Origin: Squalus acanthias
Lineage: Eukaryota
Length of the DNA stretch: 64,000 nucleotides
NCBI GenBank assembly: GCA_030390025.1
Contig: CM059452.1
Coordinates: 6,510,001 to 6,574,000, forward strand
Reading direction: 5' to 3'
The notes below the pieces were generated by a model. The model saw only the letters and a program-made list of their open reading frames with translations, ran no database searches and was not told the origin of the DNA. Shown in pieces: positions 23,786 to 33,987 of this stretch (position 1 is its first letter; each line of letters begins with the position of its first letter). The position numbers and the translations under genes are program-made.

Positions 23786-24551
23786 TGTTATGGAGTTGGA
23801 AATAGGCGGCGTTACTTATGCCACGGATGTGTTGTCGGAAGCTCACTTCAGTGTCAAATATGACACCAAGGTTGCGAACAGTGTGGTTCAGGCTCAGGCA
23901 GAAGCTAGGGAGAGGGATGGAGTCAGTGGCGAGGGAACGGAGTTTGTGGCAGGGACCGAATCAATGATTTTGGTCTTCCCAATATTTAACTGGAGAACAT
24001 TTCTGCTCATCCAGAACTGGATGTCGGACAAGCAGTCTGACAATTTAGAGACCATGGAGGGGTCGAGAGAAGAGGTAGTGAGGTAGAGCTGGATGTTATC
24101 CGCATACATGTGGAAACTAACGCTGTGTTTTCGGATGATGTCGCCAAGGGGCAGTATGTGGATGAGAAATAGGAGGGGGCCAAGGGTAGATCCTTGGGGG
24201 ACACCAGAGTTAACGATGTGGGAGCACGAAGAGAAGCCATTGCAGGCGATTCCCTGGCTACGATTAGATAGATAAGAATGGAGCCAGGCGAGTGCAGTCC
24301 CAGCCAGCTGGATGACGGTGGAGAGGTGTTGGGGAAGGATGGCGTGGTCAACCGTGTCAAAGGCTGCAGACAAGTCAAGAAGGACGAGGAGGGATAGTTT
24401 ACCTTTGTCGCAGTCACAAAGGATGTCGTTTGTGACTTTGATGAGAGCTGTTTCGGTACTGTGGCAGAGGTGGAAACCTGATTGGAGGGATTCAAACATG
24501 GAGTTGCGGGAAAGATGGGTACGGATTTGGGAGGCGACAACACGTTCAAGA
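23786..24551 (-). mobile_element. L2-clade LINE RT fragment inserted into a V exon
   Basis: QSGF..HSTETALIKVTND..LLDLSAAFDTVDH..GVPQGSTLGPLLF..HMYAD. Confidence 0.9.
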
Positions 24552-24882
24552 ATATCCCTCCATGGAGATAAAACACGCACTGTGGAGGCTTCCCGAGGTG
24601 CTGAATGTACCAGAACACATAAGGGTTATGATCTCTTGTTTTCAAGGTGCAGTTAAGTGTGAGAATACTTTCCTCTTCAACCAACATTTCAGGAACCGGC
24701 GGTTCCACTGTGTCTTGGTGGCTCCATTCTAACATAAAATTATTGTAATAGTCATCATCATCATTTTACCAATAATACCATCTGGGTTACAGCAGTCAGG
24801 GGGAGAATGCATTTTTACTAGGATGGAAAAATTTGCTGAATAGTGATATAATGATGAGGAGCGGTGAGAGTCGGTACCACAT
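24552..24882 (-). pseudogene. TCR V pseudogene truncated by L2 (family of 21359)
   Basis: Leader MWYRLSPLLIIISLF with donor GCAAAT; exon from 24728 DTVEPPVP..LNCTLK..VFWYIQ, ending at CDR2. Confidence 0.88.
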
Positions 24883-25133
24883 GATGCTCCGAGTCTGTAA
24901 CTCTTCATTCTGGGAAATCCTCTGTCGGAGCAGAAATACAGATCGCCGCCCCACTGCACTGCTGATCTAACCAATGTCAAACAGGGAACAGCGACAACAA
25001 AAAAACTCCAATAGCACAGGGCAGGCAAAGCGGGTCAGAGCGAGAGCAGCAAACGGAAGCTGTGGGCGGGGCTGCCGCGGGAAGTGTTGTCACACTTGGA
25101 ATCCACCTGTGAGGAACTGAATTCAATAATAAA

Positions 25134-26281
25134 TTAGGGCTCCTGGGATTGGTCGTAATATACTATCATGGATTGAGGATTGGTTAACGGACTGAAGGCA
25201 GAGTGCAGGAATAAACGGATCATTTTCATTTTGGCAGGCTGTAACTAGTGGGATACCGCACGGATCTGTGCTTGGGACTCAGCTATTCACAATCTACATC
25301 AATGATTTGGATGAGGGGACCAAATGAAATATTTCCAAGTTTGCTGATGATACAAAGCTGGGTGGGAATGTAAGTTGTGAGGAGGATTCAAGCAGGCTTC
25401 AAGGGGATATAGACAGGCTAAGTGAGTGGGTAAGAACATGGCAAATGGAATATAATGTGGAGAAATGTGAAGTTATTCACTTTTATAGGAAAAATGGAAA
25501 AGAAGAGATTGTTTTAAATGGTGAGAGATTGGGAAATGTTGGTGTTCAGAGGGACCTGGGTGTCCTTGTACACGAATCACTGAAAGTTAACATGCAGGTA
25601 CAGCAAGCAATTAGGAAAGCAAATGGTATGTTGGCCTTTATTACAAGAGGATTTGAGTATAAGAGTAAAGACGTCCTACTGCAATTATATAGGGCCTTGG
25701 TGAGACCACACCTGGAGTATTGTGTACAGTTTTGGCTGCCTTACCTAAGGAAGGATATACTTGCCATCGAGGGAGTGCAACGAAGGTTCACCAGACTGGT
25801 TCTTGGGATGGTGAGATTGCCGTCTGAGGAGAGATTGAATAGACTAGGATTATATTCTCTATAATTTAGAGCAATGAGAGGTGATGTCATTGAAACATAC
25901 AAAATTATTACAGGGCTTGACAGGGTAGATGCAGGGAGGACGTTTCCCCTGGCTGTGGAGTCTAGAACCAGGGGTCACAGTCTCAGAATAAGGGGTCGAC
26001 AATTTAGGACTGAGATGAGGAGAAATTTCTTCTCTCAGAGGGTGGTGAATCTTTGGAATTCTCTACCCCAGAGGGCCGTGGAGACTCAGTCGTTGATTAT
26101 ATTCAAGACAGAGATCGATAGATTTTTGAATATTAAGGGAATCAAGGGATTTGAGGGTAGTGCAGGAAAGTCGAGATGAGGTAGAAGATCAGCCTTGATC
26201 TTATTGAATGGCGGGGTAGGCTCGAGGGCCCGAATGGCCTACTCTTGCTCCTATTTCTTAAGTTCTTACGTACTTATGTTC
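25134..26281 (+). mobile_element. CR1 LINE, 5'-truncated
   Basis: ORFs 25445 and 25874 match the CR1 RT C-terminus; 3' UTR and tail present. Confidence 0.92.
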
Positions 26282-26729
26282 CCTTCGGAAAGTATAGAAC
26301 TCTGCATCTCTATAAGGGCTGCGCTACTTTCACATTCATTAAAATTCGGAGCAAGCAGGCTCACCACAGGGATTGCAGAATTATTATATTAATCCATAGT
26401 TACCGAATTCTTCATCAGTGAAGTAGGTTAAAACCAAGAGCTGAAGCTAGCGGTGGAAATAGAACAAAACGGCAACCGATCCGAATGTTCTGGAAGCGCA
26501 CAGCTGATTACTACTTAACTAACTTGTGAAATTATTAAACTGTAAGGGTTTGTCTAACATTAATGAGCAGAAATATGAGATAACAATAAACTTCACCTTA
26601 ATTTATGCTGAGAAAGTGTCAGTCAGTATTGGTTGATGTAAAGTGACCGGCGCTGTGAATCCGCGCTCTGTCAGCGCCACCTGGTGGGCGGGTTTAAAGT
26701 ATCTCCTTTGAGCTGATCTCACAGAACAC

Positions 26730-26768
26730 GGTTACTGTATGAGGTGTCCCGAGGCCCTCCTCACTGAG
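26730..26768 (-). pseudogene. Orphan RSS relic of a V whose exon is deleted
   Basis: CTCAGTG-23-ACAGTAACC; flanks match 720-930 and 1330 onward, V exon missing. Confidence 0.75.
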
Positions 26769-26769
26769 G

Positions 26770-27130
26770 AGACAAAGAAAAAGAGAGATAAAGCAATAGA
26801 TTAATGACTGTATAAAGATAGATAGAAAGTTGCATAAACAGAGATAGCGAAACAGAGAGAGAAGGACAGAGAGCCAGAGACAGAGAGACAGACAGAATGA
26901 AGGAGAGAGAGCGAGAGAGAGAGACCGAAAGAGAGAGAGAGAGCGAGCGAGAGACAGATAGAGAGAGAGACANNNNNNNNNNNNNNNNNNNNNNNNNNNN
27001 NNNNNNNNNNNNNNNNNNNNNNNNNNNNNNNNNNNNNNNNNNNNNNNNNNNNNNNNNNNNNNNNNNNNNNNNNNNNNNNNNNNNNNNNNNNNNNNNNNNN
27101 NNNNNTGAGAGACAGATAGACAGACAACTA
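26770..27130. repeat. (GA/GACA)n tract containing an assembly gap (N 26973-27105)
   Basis: Visible. Confidence 0.9.
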
Positions 27131-27997
27131 GACTGATCTAGAGATCGATGAATGGAAGACAGTTGTATCAATCGTGGAATGGACAGACAGACACAAATGT
27201 ATAAATAAATAAACCAACCAAATAACAACCGTTGTTAGACCCCAAAGAACGAAAACCCCAAACTCCATAATGGCCGCAGTCTCCCCACACCGGGAGCCCA
27301 CACTTCACCCGATGCCTCCTCTCAGCTGCAGCTTTCGGACTGAAGGGGAAAATTTGAAGTGCTTCTCTCAGCACACGGAGTCCCCGTCATTTCCTGAATC
27401 AAACCAAGAGCCTGGTTTCAATGAGCTGCCGGTGATCATTGTCGCTGTCTGTGTTCATCATCACTGCCCGCGGCCCCGGCACACAGGCTCCGTGTGCTGT
27501 TCTGCTTTGTCCCAGACATCTGATCATCCGATCCCGGGAATGGGTGAGGATTCTGTCTGACCGTTATCGGCCTCACCCACAATACCTGGACACATCCCGG
27601 AACTGTTCGGAAGTTCGATTGACGTTTATTCTTCAAAAGGACTCTCATTTTAACCTTAATTAGAAATCGATGCTCACGCTTAATGAGGAATCGGTTTTAG
27701 GGTTTGCTTGTTGACGAAAAATGTTTAATTTGATAGAACTAGAACTTTTAACACGATGTTGTGGCAATGTCACTACCTCAGAATATTCCGTTAAGGACCG
27801 TTTACTCTCCAAAGTTTTAGTCTGTGTGTGTGTGTTTATCTCTCTGTGCTTGTTTCTGTGTATCTGTGTAGCCAATGCTCTATGTCAGGCGTGTGGTGAC
27901 CACAGCCCTAATAAGTTGTTAAAGCTCTTTCATCTTAAACAACTCAGCTGAATATACACCAATAAACTCCATAATATATGAACCATTGTGTGTATCT

Positions 27998-28090
27998 GGC
28001 TCACCATCACCTTCTCAATGGTAATTAGGGATGGGCAATAAATGCTGGCGTTGCCAGCGACGTCCACATCCCATGAATGAATTAAAAAAT
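27998..28090 (+). mobile_element. LINE 3' tail (same family as 9415)
   Basis: GGGATGGGCAATAAATGCTGG..CACATCCCATGAATGAATTAAAAAA. Confidence 0.7.
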
Positions 28091-28839
28091 GCCTGTATGT
28101 ATTATTATGTGTGTATATGCCTCTGTGCGTGCAAATGCCTGTGGGTATATGACTGTGTGTGCATTGTTGTGTGTATAAACCTGTGTGTATATTTCTATGT
28201 GTGTGTATGTCTGTGTGTATTTATGTTCATATGTAAGTGTGTGTGTTTCCAAAGTACTCGTACTCGTACATGCTCGTACTGTCCACCGGAGGGCGCTCTC
28301 TCATCACTTGAAAAAGATAATAATTCCCATCTGCAGGAAGTGGCTACTTAGAGAAATACGAATGGGCGGGGAAAAGAAATTCCAGTCGATCTGATCAGAT
28401 CCCCGCGTTGTTTCAGTTTCATCCATTTCAGTATAGGCAGTAATCAGAGTCTCTTGTTTGTGGAGTTCAGGCTGGAAAATACAGCCTGATCCGATCGGGA
28501 TCCTCCAGTTAAAGTTATTGCTGTCATTGTTGGGATAAGCGAAATTTCTCAACCATTTTAACCCAGGGTCAAATTCAGACATTTCCACCCCAGTGTTAGC
28601 ACAGAGCTGACTCTGGGATGAATAACAGGATCGATCTCTACAAATAAATGTCCTGGGTGTCGTCAAGATCCGCCAGGTCACATTTTAAAAGCTATCTCAC
28701 TGGTGCCGAGGGCTGTCCACTTATCATGGCCCTCGTAGTCTTGAGGCTTCGACTAGTAATGGAGCTCATTGACTGTGGTGGGAACTGAATCATACCGAGG
28801 ATTGAATTGATTTAGATAATTTTTCTCTTTTCACCTTAA

Positions 28840-29010
28840 TGAGAGACAGAGAGAGAGAGAGAAAGAGATAGAGAGAAAGACACCGAGCTAAACAGAGCGT
28901 GTGACACCGAGGCAGAAAGAGAGAGAGAAAGGGAGAGACAGAGAGAAACAGAGACAGAGAGATAGGCAGACAGAGAGCGAGAGTCAGAGAGGCAGAGAGA
29001 GAGATAGAGT
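28840..29010. repeat. (GA)n simple repeat
   Basis: Visible. Confidence 0.85.
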
Positions 29011-29265
29011 CACTGACTCACTCTCATAGCTTGGCAAGGATAGGGTTTGTAGGGAGACATCAGTAATTGATCCACAAGTAACACTGATTGGTGCACAGCT
29101 GGTGTCAGTTCTGAGAGACCAGCCAATCCTGTCCTTGGGCAACGCCCCTCAGTCTCCCAATAAGTGAAGTCTGCCCCTGATCTGAATTTACTCCTCAGTA
29201 TCAGACTAGAAGGGACAACACATTTCAAACATTGTTATTTTCCATCGCAACCTGAATCAAACATC

Positions 29266-29704
29266 ATGTGCTCCCCATGTTCCTTATTGGTAATAATGAT
29301 CGTGCTGCCCGGTGAGTCTATCTGTAAATGGTCAGTGCGTGTTCCATGGGCTATATTCACTCCAGACGTTTGACACATTCTTTATTTTGTTACAGGAACG
29401 AGTGGCAAAGACTCAGTGTCCCAGGATCCGCCTGAATTAATGGTTCAGGAAGGACAAACCATTATACTAAACTGCAGTTACTCGGCAGCGTACACTGGCT
29501 CAACTCTCTTCTGGTACAGCCAGTATCCCGGGGAAGCTCCCAGATATTTACTGAAGCGATATAGCTCGGTGTCCGGAGACAAGTCTCCAGATACCCCAGA
29601 CAGGTTCTCTGCTGATTTGGACCAAGACAAGAAAACGGTTCCTTTAAATATCTCCGGTGCTCTTGTCTCTGACTCTGCCGTATATTTCTGTGCGCTGAAC
29701 GCCC
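29266..29704 (+). CDS. TCR alpha/delta V gene segment, intact (leader 29266-29311, V exon 29396-29704)
   Basis: MCSPCSLLVIMIVLP; DSVSQDPP..LNCSYS..LFWYSQ..DSAVYFCALNAP; RSS 29705-29743 CACACTG-23-ACAAAAACC. Confidence 0.93.
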
Positions 29705-30082
29705 CACACTGTTACAGGGACGCAATCAGTCCGTACAAAAACCAGCAAAAGTCTCTCACCTCCTCTCACTGAATCAGATCTGCGACCTGGATTGTGATCA
29801 GATAATAGAACGCAAACCAAATTATTACGACGTGTCTGGCCGAATGGCCTGTTTCTGTGCTGTAATTCTATGTAATATCCCCCTGTATATCGGCTGTGGG
29901 TAGTTCTCATGGTCAGTGATCAGCTCTTTCAACGGGACCCTCCGGCACTTATACATAACCATTTCCCTTCACTGCCCCCACCGCACATACTGCTCCTGTT
30001 AAAGGGCCGACATTGGGTTTAATCCCACTCCAGTTCTCTGTTGTGAGGAGAACAATTTCACTCCGTTCCCCGCGCCCCGCTC

Positions 30083-30200
30083 TGACGTCATAATTTGGAG
30101 AACAAAGGAGCTGTGAGCTGATTGGATGAAATGGAGAACAAAGGACACGTGTGCCGATTGGATGAATTGGAGAACAACGGACCCCTGAGCTGATTGGATG
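30083..30200 (+). promoter_or_regulatory. V promoter: CRE plus triplicated 36-bp unit with inverted CCAAT
   Basis: TGACGTCA at 30083; GGAGAACAA..GATTGGATG x3. Confidence 0.6.
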
Positions 30201-30335
30201 TCACCTGTTGACTCTGTCAGGAATGAAGCAATCGGCAGAGAGACCGGATATTATTTAATATCTTCCGACTCTTGACTAAAACAATTACTGGTTCAACCCA
30301 TTTCTGTTCAAATCCGCCATCAACTCTCTGAAAAC

Positions 30336-30859
30336 ATGTTGGGTGTGACTTTTTACTCAGTCGTCACAGCTGCAGCTCTATTAACTGGTAAGTTCACAAG
30401 TTACACAAACTTCCTCTTGCAGGTGTCACTAACATAGAGAACCTTTTAACTGTGTTTCTCTATAATTCCCATATATTCCGTCACCATTATTATATTAGTT
30501 ATAATGAAATGACAGTAAGAGCTTACAGTTCTGTATTTCTAAATTTTTGCAGGTGTTACTGGTACAGACTCGCTCTCAAAGGGGCCGATTATAGCGATGC
30601 AGTTTGAAGGAGACTCGGTGACCATTAATTACAATTATTCGATCACTGATACTTTCTATTTCTTACAACTGCACCGTCAGGACCGGGACAAAGGCCCCAC
30701 ATTCTTGATCTACATCCCTTCTGGTGGGGATGTTTCCAAAGCAGAGGGCGCGGGGGCTCGATTTTCTGCATCTCTCGACACTTCGAAAAGTGAAGGGAAT
30801 TTCACCATCGGCGGCCTGCGGCTGTCTGACAGCGCGGTGCATCACTGCGGGCTGAGAGA
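30336..30859 (+). CDS. TCR V gene segment, open but non-canonical (C23Y, W41L, YYC>HHC); leader 30336-30387, V exon 30553-30859
   Basis: MLGVTFYSVVTAAALLT; GT-AG intact; VTINYNYS..FLQLHRQ..DSAVHHCGLR; RSS 30860-30898 CACAGTG-23-ACAAACACA. Confidence 0.8.
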
Positions 30860-31882
30860 CACAGTGACAGGAACCAGAGGGAGCCTCGTACAAACACACC
30901 GCCGGAATGTGACAAGGTCAGTGGGATAACGGACAGTGTGGAGAGAAACGGGGACTTACTAAACTTGTGACCAGAAGGTGCTGATTTAAAATATACCCAA
31001 ATAAGCAGCAAACCGAGAGCAACAGATAGGCATTGGGGAAACTTTCCTCTGGTGCAGTGAAAAGATGTGTTTAGAGAATTTATACCAGTTCATAAATAAA
31101 AGATATTGCGGCAGAAAGACTGCCCAAACAATTGGACATTGTGTTCCAGCCGTTCAAGGAGCTGCACACACCAGGCAAACCCAGCGGCAGGTCTATAACA
31201 CCGAGGGAACGCACTGATTGTGCGCAGGAAATAGGATCAAAACTTTGGATTTACATAAAGCCTTATCCAGTGTGTTTAGATTCCCCAAAACACTTCTGGT
31301 GTGTGATCAAGTAATCATTGAGTTAGATAATTAGTCTGATTTGTATCTGAATAAACAAACCTACCATGGTTATTTTGATTCATCTAAATTTTGAAACTTG
31401 TTTTATTCGTGTTACTAGCATCACCTTTTCTATCAAGTGCAGTTTATTTATTTTTTAAGCTCTAATTGCCAGGACACGACGAAATTCACCTTTCTTATTG
31501 TTATCTGGCATTTTCTTAAGATTCTGTCCCGGAGCACCGCGTGCAATACCAGGGGGCGGCGGGACTCCACCCTTCCGCTCAGTGAAGTCCGCGCCTTAGT
31601 TTCAGATGGAGTTTGTCAACTGTATATGAGGAACCAGTTGGCTGCCGGAAATTATTGCAATGGAAAAGGGTTCGATCGAAATCAACTCCTGATGTGAAGA
31701 TCAGAAACACAGACGAACCGTCAACTCACCAAATTGGCACAATATTTGTTTAAAAAGCAAGATGGTGACACCGAGAATTCTATATCCCTGTAATGAACGA
31801 CCACTGACGGTGAAGGAAGGGGAGTGGATACAATGATCAGTGTGAGGTGATGTCAGTCACGTGTTGAATTGGTTCAGGAACA

Positions 31883-32112
31883 TTTTTTATTCATGTTTTT
31901 AGTTCATGTGGACGTCGCTGACAAGACCGGCATGTACTTTCCATCTCTACTTGCACTGATACAACTGACGGTCTTGCTGGGCCGCTTCATAAAGCAGCTA
32001 AGAGTCAACCACATTGGTGTGGGACTGGACTGGACTCACCATTTCAGGGCAACGGGGGACCGGCAATAAAGGCGGCCTCGCCAGCGACACCTGCAGCCCG
32101 AGAATGAATTAA
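31883..32112. mobile_element. Two degraded LINE 3' tails in opposite orientation
   Basis: Similar to the 9415 tail (minus) and the 27998 tail (plus). Confidence 0.5.
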
Positions 32113-32349
32113 CATGCCACTTCTATTTATCCAATCAAACTGTGTCTCTCTCTCTCGTATGTCCAATCATCGCAAGGATCGTTAACGGACGGTCCCGATT
32201 GGTTAAAGCTGGAGCACGTGATTTGTCATTGAAGAATATTGCCGCGAGCTGCTCAGTGCAAATACTGGATCAGCTTCCCAGCAAAGGAGAGAGTATTGGA
32301 AATCAGCTCGACCCGGAGAGGCCCATACTGGCTGGGATTGTCGGGGATC

Positions 32350-32815
32350 ATGCATTTCAAATTCACCCTTTTGACTACCCTCACCTGTTTAACATTTGGT
32401 AAGTCTTTAAAGGATGTTATAGTACAAAGCTACGTGAAACAAAGTTTCATATTAAACCCACAATTAACCTCCAATCAATATTTTCAGTCTTTCCACCAGA
32501 TATGAGTCAGGGAGATTCTCTGTCTCAGGATTGGTCGGCTGCAGTCCGGAAAATGAGGCAGACTTTCAGAACGCAATGTAGCTATTCAACAAAAGCAGGC
32601 TGGTACGACCTGTATTGTACCGAAAGTATCCTGATACACCCCCGGAGATGATCGTGTGGAGAAGTTAGAGAAACAGTTGGGGAAAGGCAAAAAATATTGG
32701 GAATCGCTTCACTTCTGAATTAAAGACATGCTCAGAAGTGTCTATTTTAAGCGTCACTGATCTGCAGCTGAGTGACACGGCGCTGTACATCTGTGGATTC
32801 GCCCCATCGCTCCGA
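32350..32815 (+). pseudogene. TCR delta-like V pseudogene
   Basis: Leader MHFKFTLLTTLTCLTF (32350-32398); exon from 32500; 1-bp deletion at the Trp codon plus a TAG; ends DTALYICGFAPSLR; RSS 32816-32854 CACAGAG-23-ACAAAAGCT. Confidence 0.88.
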
Positions 32816-32934
32816 CACAGAGTTATGACCTAGTTCTTCTCTCGTACAAAAGCTGCCTGCGGTCTGTTTTGGCGGTGATGTGTTTCTGTGCGGTCAGAGA
32901 GAGCTGCAGCACCGAGTGCAATTCCTGTGGGCTG

Positions 32935-33378
32935 AATCATTGAATCATACAGCACAGAAGGAGGTCTTTCGGCCATGGTCCCTGTGTCGGCTCTTTGAAA
33001 GAGCTATCCAATTAGTCCAGTTCCCCGGTTTTTTACCCATAGCCCTACACATTCTTGCTTTTCAAGTGTATATCCAATTCTCTTTTGAAAGTTATTATTG
33101 AATCTGCTTCCACCACCCTCCCAGGCAGTGCGTTACAGATCATAACGACTGAACAAATTTCTCCTCCTCTCCCTTCTGTTGTGTTTGCAAATTATCTTAA
33201 ATCTGTGTACTCCAGTTACCGAGCCTCGTGTCAGTGGAAACAATTTCTCCCGATCTACTCTATCACAACTCCTCATAATTTTGAACACTTCTATTAAATG
33301 TCCTCTCAACTTTCTCTGCTCTATTGAGAACAAAACCAGTTTCTCTAGTCTCTCCACGTAACTGACGTCTTTCATCCC
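32935..33378 (-). mobile_element. CR1 3' fragment
   Basis: SYVERLEKL..LRGHLIEVFKIM. Confidence 0.85.
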
Positions 33379-33380
33379 GA

Positions 33381-33431
33381 CACGGCAAGAGAGCCCCAGG
33401 TGGGCAGAGGAAACGCTTCAAGGACACCCTG
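33381..33431 (+). mobile_element. Tiny RTE-clade LINE fragment
   Basis: Translates HGKRAPGGQRKRFKDTL, resembling the RTE/BovB ORF C-terminal motif. Confidence 0.55.
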
Positions 33432-33437
33432 CATCCA

Positions 33438-33985
33438 ACAGTTTTGGTCTCCTTACCTAAGGAAGGATATGCTTGCCATAGAGAGAGTCCAACGATGGTT
33501 CACCAGACTGATTTATGGGATGGGAGGATTGTCCTACAAGGAGAGATTGAGTAGACGAGGCCTATATTCTCTAGATTTGAGAAGAATGAGAGGTGATCTC
33601 ATTGAAACATACAAAAATCTTACAGGGCTTGACAGGGTAGATGCAGGGAGGATGACTCCCCTGGCTGGGGAGTCCAGAACCAGGGGTCACAGTCTCAGAA
33701 TAAGGGGTCGGCCATTTAGGACAGAGATGAGGAGGAAATTTCTTCATTCAGAGGGTGGTGAATCTTTGGAATTCTCCACCCAAGAGGGCTGTGAGGGCTC
33801 AGTCGTTGAGTATATTTAAGGTAGACATCAATAGATTTTTGGATGTTAACGGAAACAAGGTTTACGGGGATAGTGCAGGAAAGTGGAGTTGAGGTGGCGG
33901 ATCGGTAATGGTCTTATTGAATGGCAGAGCTGGCTTGTTGGGCCGAATGGACTACACCTGCTGCTATTTGTTGTGTTCTTATGTT
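33438..33985 (+). mobile_element. CR1 3' fragment
   Basis: QFWSPYLRKD..RMRGDLIETYK; 3' UTR abuts the satellite. Confidence 0.88.
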
Positions 33986-33987
33986 AC

